Shown piece after piece: positions 9,661 through 19,757 of a stretch of 64,000 nt of DNA. The position numbers were made by a program, and so were the translations under genes. The stretch's first letter is position 1. Each line of letters begins with the position of its first letter. This DNA comes from Marinicella sp. (GTDB lineage: Bacteria; Pseudomonadota; Gammaproteobacteria; Xanthomonadales; Marinicellaceae), in contig OZ246001.1 of the NCBI GenBank assembly GCA_965230295.1, positions 2,624,001 to 2,688,000 on the forward strand, given 5' to 3'. The notes under the pieces are model-generated. The model did no database searches, was not told where the DNA came from, and worked only from the letters and a program-made list of their open reading frames with translations.

Positions 9661-11706
9661 ATGAATCAAGAGTTGATCCCACTGATCGTGGGTGGTGTTG
9701 GGTTGCTTATGGCATTGATCATTTTTATGATGGTAAACAAAATGCCTTCAGGTGAAGGCAAGGTCAAAGACATTGCCCAACAAATTCACGAGGGCGCCAT
9801 GGTTTTCATGCGACGAGAATACAGTTTGTTGTTGCTGTTCGTGGTGGTGTTGGTCATTGGCCTGTATGTGGGTTTTGGCGATTGGCACACCCCATTTGCA
9901 TTTTTGGTGGGTGCATTTTGTTCTGGCGTTGCCGGTTACTTTGGTATGTTTTCGGCCACCAAAGCCAACGTTCGAACTACGGTAGCTGCCAATGAGCATG
10001 GTGCAGCCAAAGCTTTATCTGTGGCTTTTTATGGTGGTTCTATCATGGGCCTTACCGTAGCTGCCATGGGTTTACTCGGTTTAGGGACATTGTATATGTT
10101 GTTTGGCGGTGATCCGCACACTGTTGAATCAATACATGGCTTTGGTATGGGTGCCTCTGTGGTGGCCTTGTTCTCTCGTGTGGGCGGCGGCATTTTCACC
10201 AAGAGTGCTGATGTGGGCGCTGATTTGGTGGGCAAAGTAGAAGCGGGTATCCCAGAAGATGACCCCAGAAATCCAGGTGTGATTGCTGATAATGTGGGAG
10301 ACAATGTCGGTGATGTTGCGGGTATGGGTTCTGACATCTTTGAATCATATTGTGGGTCAATGATTGCCTGTATAGCCATTGCCTCGACCATGAGTATGGG
10401 CTTGTACTCACAAATTGCTGAACGCCAGCAAGATCTGATGTTCTTGCCATTGGCCTTGGCATCAACCGGATTGATTTGTTCTGTTCTGGGAATTTTCCTG
10501 GTGAAAATGTTCTCTGGTAAGAAACCAGATGTGGCATTGCGATTTGGTACCATTGGTGCCACGTTGTTGTTCATTGTCGCTGCCTATTTCACCACCCAAA
10601 CTTTGGGCATCCAAAGTGCTGTTTGGCAGTGTGTTTTATTGGGTGCTGTGGGCGGCATGGTCATCGGATTGGTGACCGAATACTACACAGGCGGTAAGCC
10701 AGTGAGAGACATCGCTAAAGGTGGTGAAACTGGACCAGCAACTGTGATGATTTCTGGATTGGCGGTAGGTATGGAATCGGTCGTGATTCCAGTCATGACC
10801 TTGGCAGCCATTATTTTTGGTACTTCTTTGTTATTGCCAGAAGGTGCCGGCGTATATGGTGTCGGAATAGGTGCTGTAGGTATGTTGGCCACTGTAGGCA
10901 TCACCATGGCCATTGATGCTTATGGACCGGTTGCAGATAACGCAGGCGGGATTGCTGAAATGGCAGAGTTGGGGCCTGAGACCAGAGAAATTACTGACGG
11001 CTTGGACGAAGTGGGGAACACCACAGCGGCCATTGGTAAAGGTTTTGCTATCGGTGCAGCAGGTTTGGCCGCCTTGGCCATCATTGCGGCATTTATCCAG
11101 GTGATTTCCAGCCAAGTTGCAGGGTTTTCACTGGACATAGGGAACCCGAAAGTCCTGATGGGCATGTTTTTGGGTGGTATTTTCCCATTCATTGTATCGG
11201 CCATGACCATGCGTGCTGTTGGCGATGCCGCTTTTGATATGATCAAAGAGATCCGTCGACAGTTCAAAGAAATTCCGGGGTTGATGGAAGGAAAGGCCCA
11301 GCCAGACAGCAAAAAATGTGTTGATATTGCCACCAAGGCAGCTTTGAAACGGATGATGGGCCCAGGCGCTTTGGCTGTTTTGGCGCCGATGGTGGTTGGT
11401 TTTGGGCTGGGTGCAGCTTCACTGGGTGGCATGCTCGGTGGTGCATTGATCACTTGCGTTCTGTTGGCCCTGACCATGGCCAATGCCGGTGGTGCTTGGG
11501 ACAATGCCAAAAAATATGTTGAAAAAGGCAACCTGGGTGGTAAAGGATCAGACGTTCACAAAGCGGCTGTGGTTGGTGACACAGTAGGTGACCCATTCAA
11601 AGACACATCAGGTCCAGCGATGAATATCTTAATCAATGTGATGGCTATTGTTTCTTTGGTCATTGCACCCTTGTTGGCCAAAATGCCAAATGGTTTTTTT
11701 AGTTAA
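9661..11706 (+). CDS. hppA: Membrane-bound ion-translocating pyrophosphatase, K+-dependent type (Na+ or H+ pumping)
   Basis: [46 protein letters not shown] motifs. GNTTAA (Ala, not Lys) marks the K+-dependent class. RBS GAGGA before ATG 9661. Confidence 0.95.
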   Translation: MNQELIPLIVGGVGLLMALIIFMMVNKMPSGEGKVKDIAQQIHEGAMVFMRREYSLLLLFVVVLVIGLYVGFGDWHTPFAFLVGAFCSGVAGYFGMFSATKANVRTTVAANEHGAAKALSVAFYGGSIMGLTVAAMGLLGLGTLYMLFGGDPHTVESIHGFGMGASVVALFSRVGGGIFTKSADVGADLVGKVEAGIPEDDPRNPGVIADNVGDNVGDVAGMGSDIFESYCGSMIACIAIASTMSMGLYSQIAERQQDLMFLPLALASTGLICSVLGIFLVKMFSGKKPDVALRFGTIGATLLFIVAAYFTTQTLGIQSAVWQCVLLGAVGGMVIGLVTEYYTGGKPVRDIAKGGETGPATVMISGLAVGMESVVIPVMTLAAIIFGTSLLLPEGAGVYGVGIGAVGMLATVGITMAIDAYGPVADNAGGIAEMAELGPETREITDGLDEVGNTTAAIGKGFAIGAAGLAALAIIAAFIQVISSQVAGFSLDIGNPKVLMGMFLGGIFPFIVSAMTMRAVGDAAFDMIKEIRRQFKEIPGLMEGKAQPDSKKCVDIATKAALKRMMGPGALAVLAPMVVGFGLGAASLGGMLGGALITCVLLALTMANAGGAWDNAKKYVEKGNLGGKGSDVHKAAVVGDTVGDPFKDTSGPAMNILINVMAIVSLVIAPLLAKMPNGFFS

Positions 11707-11726
11707 GAATCAGGCTTTTATCCGCC

Positions 11727-11752
11727 AAAAAGCCCCGAAAGGGGCTTTTTTT
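11727..11752 (+). terminator. Rho-independent terminator after hppA
   Basis: AAAAAGCCCC-GAAA-GGGGCTTTTTTT. Confidence 0.9.
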
Positions 11753-11809
11753 ATCGCTATCAAAAAAAACATGGGTTAAGATTATTGGACTGGAGGAAGA
11801 GTTCTGTCT

Positions 11810-12958
11810 ATGAGTTACCACATCAAACAATACAAACAAGGAGAGGTTATTTTCCATGGTGGAGACAGTTCACATTGCGCTTATATCATCGAAGAAGGCC
11901 AGGTTGAAATTTTTGTGGCAGCCAATGACACGATCATTGATATCCTGAATGAAGGCGAGTTGTTTGGTGAAATGGGGGTGTTGGACCAATCACCCAGGTC
12001 AACATCAGCCAGGGCTTTAACGCCAGTGACTTTATTAGAAGTCAAAACGGAACAGATCACCAATCGTTTGGCTGAGAGCGACCCCATTGTAAAAGCTTTG
12101 GTGGGTGTGCTACTGAAAAGATTCAGGTCGATGTTACCCAGCCAACAACTCAAAGACAGTAAAAACAGTTTGTTGGATCAGGTGGCCTCTGTGATTGAAC
12201 AAGCTGGCTTATCAAAATTTAAACTAGAAAGTGAGCTACGAACAGCCATAAACAATGGTGATGTACAGACAGTGCTGCAGCCATTGAATGACATCCAAAC
12301 CAACCAAATTGCAGGCTTTGAAGCGTTGAGTCGTTGGACACATCCTGAGCGTGGTTTCATTTCTCCCGTTGAATTCATTGCCTTGGCCGAAGAAACTGAT
12401 TTAATTATTGAAGTGGGTGATTTGGTGTTTACTCGAGCCATTGAAACATTGACAAAATTGCCTGATCACGTTTTCATCAACATCAACGTGTCTTCGCGAC
12501 AGCTTGATGATGACCAATTCCTCAATCGTGTACTAGATAAAGTGAAAGCCAACCACATCAACCCTCAACGTCTGAAGCTTGAAATAACCGAAACCATGGT
12601 GGTGGATTTTGAATTGGCTAAAAAGTGGTTGGAAAAATGCAGGAAGATTGGCTTTCCTGTGTGTGCAGATGATTTTGGTACCGGGCATTCGGGAATGGAA
12701 CAATTGGTTGAATTGAATTTTGATGTGCTTAAAGTGGATCAAGTGTTCATCCGCAACATGTTCAAGAATGAGCGATATCAGACCATTTTGGAGTCCATTG
12801 CCAGCATTGCCAAACAATTGAAAACCAAGCTGGTGGCTGAAGGTGTGGAAAGTGATGCTGAATATGAAGTGTTGAAAAACCTCAATTTTGATTTTGGCCA
12901 AGGTTATTATTTTGGCAAACCCATGTCCATTGATGATGTCTTGAAGTTAAAGTTTTAA
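11810..12958 (+). CDS. Cyclic-nucleotide-binding + EAL domain c-di-GMP phosphodiesterase
   Basis: N-terminal cNMP domain (FGEMGVLDQSPRSTSARA); EAL domain with QP, FEAL, DDFGTG, KVDQ, AEGVE, QGYYF; no GGDEF domain. Confidence 0.9.
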   Translation: MSYHIKQYKQGEVIFHGGDSSHCAYIIEEGQVEIFVAANDTIIDILNEGELFGEMGVLDQSPRSTSARALTPVTLLEVKTEQITNRLAESDPIVKALVGVLLKRFRSMLPSQQLKDSKNSLLDQVASVIEQAGLSKFKLESELRTAINNGDVQTVLQPLNDIQTNQIAGFEALSRWTHPERGFISPVEFIALAEETDLIIEVGDLVFTRAIETLTKLPDHVFININVSSRQLDDDQFLNRVLDKVKANHINPQRLKLEITETMVVDFELAKKWLEKCRKIGFPVCADDFGTGHSGMEQLVELNFDVLKVDQVFIRNMFKNERYQTILESIASIAKQLKTKLVAEGVESDAEYEVLKNLNFDFGQGYYFGKPMSIDDVLKLKF

Positions 12959-13077
12959 GGCTCAAAATCCATTCCGCAACAAACATCTTTTATCAATGTG
13001 AGTGGATAATCTTTCAATCCTAAGATTTAAATAATAAAGAACTTCTCATTTTAAAAATAATTGCTTACAATATTAGT

Positions 13078-13199
13078 GTGGGTAAGAAGTCGCTACATCT
13101 GTGGGATATGGTCAAAGTCCCGGTAGCGACATTAGGTGAATTCATATCAATATGAAGACACCTTTGTTGGCCGGGTTTTTGAACTCGGCCAACCTTTTC
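13078..13199 (+). ncRNA. Candidate small RNA with three hairpins, ending in an intrinsic terminator
   Basis: TACAAT -10 at 13066-13071; stems GTCGCTAC/GTAGCGAC, AGGTG..TTCATAT/ATATGAA..CACCT and GTTGGCCGGGTT/AACTCGGCCAAC followed by CTTTT; no ORF. Confidence 0.55.
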
Positions 13200-13226
13200 T
13201 CAGAACCATCTCAACCTAAACCCAAA

Positions 13227-13277
13227 CTGAACACCGTCATTTGATTCATATTGTGTTCATTCTTTCTTGCATACAAT
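13227..13277 (+). promoter_or_regulatory. Promoter with TTCAT-N6-TTCAT direct repeat (OmpR/PhoB-family-like site) and TACAAT -10
   Basis: TGAA inverted half-site near 13228, TTCAT at 13245 and 13256 (11-bp period), TACAAT at 13272. Confidence 0.4.
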
Positions 13278-13306
13278 CAAGTCATTGAATCCAACAGGAG
13301 TACACA

Positions 13307-13801
13307 ATGAAAAAATTAATACTCGGTATTTTTATTATGGGCGTTCCTTTGATGGCTTCGGCCAATCGCTACAACAACATCAATTACGGCAAGGTGGTCG
13401 ATGTTGAACCCGTATACCAAACCATTTCAATTCCTGAAGAAAGACAGGTGTGTGAGCGTCACAGAGATGACCGCTACACCCGGCGAAAATCTAATGCAGG
13501 CAAAGCCATCCTGGGCGGAATCATTGGCGGTGCAATCGGAAATAAATTTGGTCGGGGTCGCGGCCGTGATGCATCAACGGCATTAGGAATCCTGATCGGT
13601 GCTGGTGTGGGAGCCAATTCAGCAGACAGGCATCGTTATGGCAATTCATGTTACATAGAAACCCACTACCGTGAAGAAAATCGATTCATGGGCTATGATG
13701 TAACCTATGAATACAACGGGGATTTGTACCATACACAAATGCAAGAACATCCAGGGGATCGTGTCAGGTTACGTGTTTCGGTTGATGTGTTAGATCATTG
13801 A
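13307..13801 (+). CDS. Glycine zipper 2TM domain protein (YcfJ-like)
   Basis: Signal peptide, VVDVEPVY..P...C, GGIIGGAIGNKFGRGRGR glycine zipper, GYDVTYEYNG...PG C-terminus. Confidence 0.88.
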   Translation: MKKLILGIFIMGVPLMASANRYNNINYGKVVDVEPVYQTISIPEERQVCERHRDDRYTRRKSNAGKAILGGIIGGAIGNKFGRGRGRDASTALGILIGAGVGANSADRHRYGNSCYIETHYREENRFMGYDVTYEYNGDLYHTQMQEHPGDRVRLRVSVDVLDH

Positions 13802-13822
13802 CCGACCCTGAAATGAGTCCAA

Positions 13823-13849
13823 AAAAATGGCGCCCAGTGCGCCATTTTT
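13823..13849 (+). terminator. Rho-independent terminator
   Basis: AAAAATGGCGC-CCAGT-GCGCCATTTTT. Confidence 0.85.
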
Positions 13850-13878
13850 AGTTTTAAAGGTATTTTGGAGTCATTAAA

Positions 13879-13892
13879 TTGACAGAAGTCAA
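13879..13892. promoter_or_regulatory. FNR/Crp-family-like palindrome upstream of ppk2
   Basis: TTGAC-AGAA-GTCAA, resembling the TTGAT-N4-ATCAA consensus. Confidence 0.4.
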
Positions 13893-14043
13893 TAAATCAT
13901 TTGCTTGTAACCAAATTGTTACTTTATTTAACTCAAAGAATTATCCATTCGGGTTAAAATATATAGGTGAAGGGAAGCCTATCTCAAATAGATATGCACA
14001 ACATCAAGCCACTTGATGTGGAACATTTGACTTTTAAAAAATT

Positions 14044-14973
14044 ATGACTGAAGAAAAACACATAAATATCGAACAAGCCAAAAAGCTGTTAAAGAAATTT
14101 ACAGACCATAAATATGTGATGAAGCAAAAACGCAACATCTCTGGCAAACAACTGATGCAATTGACCCACGCTGCCGGTGAGTTTCCTTATGATCAGAAAA
14201 TGGACTTGATTGACTATGAAACCGAAAAGCACTTGTTACAAACAGAACTGCTGAAAGTTCAAAGCTGGGTTAAAGAAACTGGTCAGAGGATTGTTTGTTT
14301 GTTTGAAGGCAGAGATGCTGCTGGTAAAGGAGGTACCATCAAACGGTTCATGGAACATTTAAATCCACGTGCTGCCCACGTAGTGGCTTTGGAGAAACCG
14401 ACTGAAAGAGAACGTGGTCAGTGGTATTTTCAGAGATACATTGCCCAGTTGCCAACCAAAGGAGAAATGGTGTTTTTTGACCGCTCCTGGTATAACAGGG
14501 CCGGTGTTGAAAGGGTGATGAATTTTTGTACCGAAGATGAATATCAAGAATTTATTCGACAAGTATTTCCCTATGAACAAATGCTGGTCAATTCAGGCAT
14601 TATCTTGTTTAAATTTTGGTTTTCAGTCACTCGACAGGAACAACTCCGGAGGTTTCACAGCCGCAAAAATGATCCATTAAAACATTGGAAGCTCAGTCCT
14701 GTGGATGTTGAATCTTTAGATAAATGGGATGATTACACCAAAGCCAAAAAAGACATGTTTTTTCACACGGATAATCCGCTGACGCCATGGACTGTGATTA
14801 AATCTGATGACAAAAAACGTGCCAGAATAAATTGCATGCGTTATTTCTTACACAACTTAGATTATCCGAACAAGAGTCTATCGATTGTCAAAGACTACGA
14901 TGCCAACATTGTTGGATCTGTCAATAAAATGTACCCTTATGCAACCTTGAAGGCCATCAGCAATGAAGGATGA
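14044..14973 (+). CDS. ppk2: Polyphosphate kinase 2
   Basis: FEGRDAAGKGG Walker A, FDRSWYNRAGVERVM, WKLSPVD, SDDKKRARIN. Confidence 0.96.
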   Translation: MTEEKHINIEQAKKLLKKFTDHKYVMKQKRNISGKQLMQLTHAAGEFPYDQKMDLIDYETEKHLLQTELLKVQSWVKETGQRIVCLFEGRDAAGKGGTIKRFMEHLNPRAAHVVALEKPTERERGQWYFQRYIAQLPTKGEMVFFDRSWYNRAGVERVMNFCTEDEYQEFIRQVFPYEQMLVNSGIILFKFWFSVTRQEQLRRFHSRKNDPLKHWKLSPVDVESLDKWDDYTKAKKDMFFHTDNPLTPWTVIKSDDKKRARINCMRYFLHNLDYPNKSLSIVKDYDANIVGSVNKMYPYATLKAISNEG

Positions 14974-15238
14974 AAAAGTGATTGAAATGGTGGCGAAATG
15001 TGAAGCCATTCTTGAGCAAGTACAGTCTCATGCTTCATCGGTTAAGCAGATGCATGATCACATGCAGTACATGATTGAACACAACAAAAAGCTGCAAGAG
15101 GAAATTAAACTGATTGAACGCAAAGAGATGCAAAAGGAAATCATTGCCATGGCCAGTAAAGCAGCCAAAAAGGCTGCAAAAAAGAGTATTGCCAAAGCAA
15201 AAATCAGAGAACAGTTACATCCTGATAACAGCGAATAA
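14963..15238 (+). CDS. Hypothetical coiled-coil protein with Lys/Ala-rich segment, overlapping ppk2
   Basis: 91-aa ORF filling the space between ppk2 and a terminator; heptad-like pattern; ASKAAKKAAKKSIAKAK. Confidence 0.65.
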   Translation: MKDEKVIEMVAKCEAILEQVQSHASSVKQMHDHMQYMIEHNKKLQEEIKLIERKEMQKEIIAMASKAAKKAAKKSIAKAKIREQLHPDNSE

Positions 15239-15255
15239 AATTCCTTTCACCCATC

Positions 15256-15287
15256 AAAAAAGGGTTGTGTAAAACAACCCTTTTTTT
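15256..15287. terminator. Bidirectional terminator between the ppk2 operon and tkt
   Basis: AAAAAAGGGTTGT-GTAAA-ACAACCCTTTTTTT. Confidence 0.9.
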
Positions 15288-15301
15288 AAGTCATACACTC
15301 A

Positions 15302-17302
15302 TCAGCCTTTGAGCAGGTCTTTTGCCGTATTCACTATGCGTTCAGTGGTGAAACCAAAGTGTTCAAACAGTTGGTTGCCAGGAGCTGATTCACCAAAGGT
15401 GTTCTGGGCAATGATTTGCCCCTTTAATCCCACATATTTATACCAGAAGTCACCTTGTGCCGCTTCAACAGCGATGCGTTTTTCACATGTAGGAGGCAAT
15501 ACCGAATCTTGGTAAGCTTGATCTTGTTGAGCAAATATTTCTGCACATGGCATAGAGACCAATCGCACAGAGTGACCAGAGGCGTTGAGCTGCTTGGCAG
15601 CTTCGGCAGCAATGCCCACTTCAGAACCGGTGGCGATCACTATCAACTCAGGTGTACCATCGGTATCGATCAAGGTGTATGCGCCTCGGTAGATGTTGTT
15701 GATTTGTTCAGAGCTTCTTGGTTGGTGTTGTACGCCTTGACGAGTAAATAACAAACAAGAGGGGCCATCCATTTTCTCTACAGCTGACTGCCAGGCAGCC
15801 ACAGATTCAACGGCATCACAGGGGCGCCATACATGCATGTTTGGGATCATCCTCAGGGTCGGCGTTTGTTCTACGGGCTGGTGGGTTGGGCCGTCCTCTC
15901 CAACACCAATGGAATCATGGGTATAAACAAAAATATTGCGGATCTTCATCAAAGCTGCCATGCGCAATGCATTTCGTGCATACTCAGAAAACATCAAGAA
16001 AGTGGCACTGTAAGGAATGAATCCGCCATGCAGGGCCATGCCATTGGTGATGGCGCTCATGGCAAATTCTCGTACCCCATAAGAAATATAATTACCGCTG
16101 AAGTCACCATCATTGATGGACTGAGAACCTGACCAAAAGGTATTGTTTGATGGGGTTAAGTCTGCAGATCCACCAAAAAACTCTGGCAACAAGGGGCCCA
16201 GACCCTCCAAGGCCAGTTTCGAAGCTTTTCTGGTGGCCATCTGTGGCGCATCATCAGCAGTTTGCTGTAAGTAGTTTTGTACAGACTCGGACCAATTGGT
16301 CGGTAGTTCACCGTGCATGCGTCGTTGTAATTCACTGGCTAACTCTGGGTGATCAGTGGCATATGCTGCCATGGCATTGTTCCAGTTTTGTTCAGCTGCT
16401 TGACCTGTTTCTTTGGCATCCCAAGCGGCATAAATTTCAGCCGGGATTTCAAATGGTGCATGCGGCCAATTCAACGCTTCACGGGTGGCCGCAATTTCAT
16501 CTTCGCCCAATGGGGCGCCATGACAATCATGTGATCCCGCTTTGTTGGGTGCGCCATCACCAATGTTGGTTTTGGCACAAATGAGGGTGGGTTGATCCGG
16601 GTTGTCCAAAGCACTTTGTATGGCTTCCTTGACCGCATGGGCATCATGGCCATCAACGGCTTCAATCACTTGCCAGCCATATGCTTTGAATCGTTGTGGC
16701 GTGTTGTCTGTGAACCAGCCATCAACTTCACCATCAATTGAAATGTTATTGTCGTCATAAATGGCAATCAGTTTCCCCAATTTCAGGGTGCCAGCTAAAG
16801 AGCAAGCTTCATGAGAAATGCCTTCCATTAAGCAACCATCACCTAAGAATACATAAGTGTTGTGGTTGATGATCTGGTGACCTGGTTTGTTGAATTGTTT
16901 AGCCAATAACTTTTCTGCCAATGCCATGCCCACTGCGTTGGCGATGCCTTGTCCCAAAGGGCCCGTGGTGGTTTCAATGCCTGGCGTGTAGCCATATTCT
17001 GGATGGCCTGGGGTTTTTGAATGTAGCTGCCTGAAATTTTTCAGGTCATTCATGGTTAAATCATAGCCACTCAAATGTAATGCGGAATAAGGCAACATCG
17101 AACCGTGACCATTAGACATCACAAATCGATCCCGATTGATCCATTGGGGGTTTTGTGGGTTGTGTTGTAGGAAGTCGTTGAACAAGACTTCAGCTATGTC
17201 GGCCATTCCCATTGGGGCACCCGGGTGTCCGGAATTGGCTTGTTGAACGGCATCCATTGCGAGGAATCGAATGGCATCAGCCAGGATTTTTCTGTCTGTC
17301 AT
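15302..17302 (-). CDS. tkt: Transketolase
   Basis: [54 protein letters not shown]. Start placed at [13 protein letters not shown]. Confidence 0.97.
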   Translation of the reverse strand: MTDRKILADAIRFLAMDAVQQANSGHPGAPMGMADIAEVLFNDFLQHNPQNPQWINRDRFVMSNGHGSMLPYSALHLSGYDLTMNDLKNFRQLHSKTPGHPEYGYTPGIETTTGPLGQGIANAVGMALAEKLLAKQFNKPGHQIINHNTYVFLGDGCLMEGISHEACSLAGTLKLGKLIAIYDDNNISIDGEVDGWFTDNTPQRFKAYGWQVIEAVDGHDAHAVKEAIQSALDNPDQPTLICAKTNIGDGAPNKAGSHDCHGAPLGEDEIAATREALNWPHAPFEIPAEIYAAWDAKETGQAAEQNWNNAMAAYATDHPELASELQRRMHGELPTNWSESVQNYLQQTADDAPQMATRKASKLALEGLGPLLPEFFGGSADLTPSNNTFWSGSQSINDGDFSGNYISYGVREFAMSAITNGMALHGGFIPYSATFLMFSEYARNALRMAALMKIRNIFVYTHDSIGVGEDGPTHQPVEQTPTLRMIPNMHVWRPCDAVESVAAWQSAVEKMDGPSCLLFTRQGVQHQPRSSEQINNIYRGAYTLIDTDGTPELIVIATGSEVGIAAEAAKQLNASGHSVRLVSMPCAEIFAQQDQAYQDSVLPPTCEKRIAVEAAQGDFWYKYVGLKGQIIAQNTFGESAPGNQLFEHFGFTTERIVNTAKDLLKG

Positions 17303-17555
17303 GGTGTTATCTAAGTGGTTGGTTTTGAATGGCCAAATGGCATCCTTACGGGGATTGTATTTTATTGACATTCGTGCCTATAAACAACGACTAATAGGAG
17401 TTTTAACGATTTTGTCATGATCAACCACAACTTATTGAATGTTAACAGACCCCAATCAAATTCTGGCTTTAGAAAAAAGCAGGCAAGACAGCTCTAGTGT
17501 GTTTGCTCTATAATGCTGTGGATAATAGGCAAAGTAAAATAACTGTGAGGAATTT

Positions 17556-18230
17556 ATGGCTAAGAAAAAAACTTTGAAAAAATCAGCATCAACTGAAAAA
17601 AAACCAGCCAAGCTGGCAGAATCGCTGGTTGGTTCAGCCAATGAGATTTGGCTGGCCGGTTTGGGTGCTTTTGCAAAAGCACAATCAGAAGGCAAAAAGA
17701 TTTACGATAAATTAATTGATGAAGGCAAAGACTTTGAAAAATTATTTAAGTCTGTGCCACAAAAAGCTGTCAGTGATGTGAAATCAACTGTCAGCTCTAC
17801 TGTCAGTACGGCCAAGAAAAGGGCTTCAGACAGCTGGGACAAGTTGGAAGATGTGTTCGAAAAACGTGTTGAAAAATCTTTGAAAAGTTTAGGTGTGCCA
17901 ACCAGTAATGAATTGGGTGAGTTGATGAAGCGCATTGATGCGTTGACGAAGGAAGTCACTAAAATAGCCAAAGACACTGGTTCAGCTACTAAGAAGACGG
18001 TCAGTAAAGCGGCTAATGACGCCAAAAAAACTGTCACTAAAGCTGCCAAAGACACCAAAAAGGCTGTAGCAAAAGCCACTGCAAAGAAGAAAGCAGCACC
18101 CAAAAAAGCTGCACACAAGAAAGCAACTGCTAAAAAAGCACCGGTTAAGAAAGCCGTGGCCAAAAAAGCACCAGCAAAAAAACCAGTGGCTAAGAAAGCC
18201 ACAACCAAAAAGAAGACCACCAAAAAGTGA
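17556..18230 (+). CDS. Phasin family (PhaF/PhaI-like) granule-associated protein with histone-H1-like tail
   Basis: SANEIWLAGLGAFAKAQSEG and WDKLEDVFEKRV..LGVPT motifs; AKKA-rich C-terminus. Confidence 0.9.
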   Translation: MAKKKTLKKSASTEKKPAKLAESLVGSANEIWLAGLGAFAKAQSEGKKIYDKLIDEGKDFEKLFKSVPQKAVSDVKSTVSSTVSTAKKRASDSWDKLEDVFEKRVEKSLKSLGVPTSNELGELMKRIDALTKEVTKIAKDTGSATKKTVSKAANDAKKTVTKAAKDTKKAVAKATAKKKAAPKKAAHKKATAKKAPVKKAVAKKAPAKKPVAKKATTKKKTTKK

Positions 18231-18253
18231 TCCGATTCAGGTTTGTTTAATTG

Positions 18254-18281
18254 AAAAGCCACCCGAGAGGTGGCTTTTTTT
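18254..18281. terminator. Bidirectional terminator between phasin and patatin genes
   Basis: AAAAGCCACC-CGAGA-GGTGGCTTTTTTT. Confidence 0.9.
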
Positions 18282-18303
18282 ATGCAGTTAAAAAAGATCG
18301 GTA

Positions 18304-19512
18304 TTAAATACTGCGGATGCTTCTTTCTAATGCGTCTAAAGACTCATTCAAATGATCGGTCCATTTGGTGTGTTGTCCGTCTTGTCGTATAAAATCACGG
18401 ATGTGGCGATCTTTCTGAGCAAGTTTGTATTGATTCAGGTATAAGCCATGGCGAGCCAAGACTGGTTTCAATTCATCTTGCTGGTCAATCAAATGTTGTC
18501 TGGTTGACTGGTAAGCATAGTCACACAGTTGGTCGCGTTTCGAATAGCTGAACAAGTTTGATTTGAACAGGGTTTCGTCATTGGCGTCAGGTTCTGCCAA
18601 GATGATGTCAGAGTGGGGGAATAAGCTTTCGTATTTATCCAGGCCCGATTTCAACCTGGATTGTACGATGGATCTGAATGTTTGTGACAACACCAATGGC
18701 AAACCGCCGCTGACCAAACCCTTTTCATCTAATTTCAATGTCCGTTCAAATGGCACAATCGGGTTGACAGCAAACAGTAAATGGGTGTCTTTTTTCAAGG
18801 CAGCCGATGCATTCATGGTTCTGCGCAGGGCGCCATCGACATAAAATTTACCATTGATCTTTACTGGTGAATACAAACCAGGTAATGCGGAAGATGCTTG
18901 AACTGCTTTAGAAATGGGTACCGTGTTGTGGTCGTTGTTGCCAAAGCCGGCAATTTTTCCGCTGTTCAATTCACAGGCAACAATGTACAGTTCTTTTTTT
19001 AGTTTTCTGAAATCATTGGTGAGGCCATGTTTCTTGATGATGGTCTTTAAAAAGTGTTCAAGTTTTTCATTGTTAAAAACGCCAGCTGGTAAAACTTTAC
19101 CAGTCATCTCCAACACATCAACCACACTTGTTTTCAAGGGTTTTTTGGCCCATCTGAGTATGGTTTTGCTGAGCAAAGTGGGTGTTTTGGCCAAATTCAA
19201 CAGGTATTCTTTATAGGCTGGCTGGAGGAAGTGGTCAGGATTGAATGGTGTCTCATTCTTTTTACTGAAGGCGAAGATTTTTGACATCGTTCTTAAATCA
19301 ATGCCATTGGCCAAGCCGGCAGCTATGAATGCGCCAGCACTGACACCCACATAAACATCCAGTTCAGTTACTTTCAGTGGCTCCAAAGAGTCTTCAATGG
19401 CACACAGTGCACCCAGTTCATAAAAGCCACCCAATGGGCCGCCACCGGCTAAAGCCAAACCGAACTTTTGGTTGCTTCTGATGGGCTCTTTTGCTGCTTT
19501 AACAGTTATCAT
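18304..19512 (-). CDS. Patatin-like phospholipase
   Basis: LAGGGPLGG oxyanion motif, GVSAG nucleophile elbow, YVDGAL catalytic Asp. Confidence 0.92.
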   Translation of the reverse strand: MITVKAAKEPIRSNQKFGLALAGGGPLGGFYELGALCAIEDSLEPLKVTELDVYVGVSAGAFIAAGLANGIDLRTMSKIFAFSKKNETPFNPDHFLQPAYKEYLLNLAKTPTLLSKTILRWAKKPLKTSVVDVLEMTGKVLPAGVFNNEKLEHFLKTIIKKHGLTNDFRKLKKELYIVACELNSGKIAGFGNNDHNTVPISKAVQASSALPGLYSPVKINGKFYVDGALRRTMNASAALKKDTHLLFAVNPIVPFERTLKLDEKGLVSGGLPLVLSQTFRSIVQSRLKSGLDKYESLFPHSDIILAEPDANDETLFKSNLFSYSKRDQLCDYAYQSTRQHLIDQQDELKPVLARHGLYLNQYKLAQKDRHIRDFIRQDGQHTKWTDHLNESLDALERSIRSI

Positions 19513-19757
19513 GTGGCTATTATAGCCATGTACTTTTATTTAGCTACGTTGTAAGAATAAATAGACTGGTTTTTTTATGCAATTGGCATCATAGTTGGGG
19601 TTCTGGAGAAGGCATATTCTGTCGGTTCTGTTGAATGACTGATATTGGACTGGCAGGTGCTAATTTTTGACATAAATAAATGAACAGGTAGATTCTCATT
19701 GGTTATAATGCTTTACTGTTTTAAGCCAAAAGAACTGGCCTGAGAAGGAGGATTCAA

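Noticed and set aside
10029-11531. Long antisense ORFs inside hppA (181 and 203 aa)
   Set aside because: In-register antisense frames of a conserved gene, with no motifs or RBS.
13078-13199. RsmY/Z (CsrB-type) RNA, given the nearby gacA-like gene
   Set aside because: Only one GGA and no series of GGA-loop hairpins.
17702-18262. 186-aa hydrophobic minus-strand ORF (and similar 23621-24016)
   Set aside because: Antisense shadows of Lys/Ala-rich low-complexity tails in the phasin and S2 genes; AAA/AAG codons read as Phe/Leu on the other strand.
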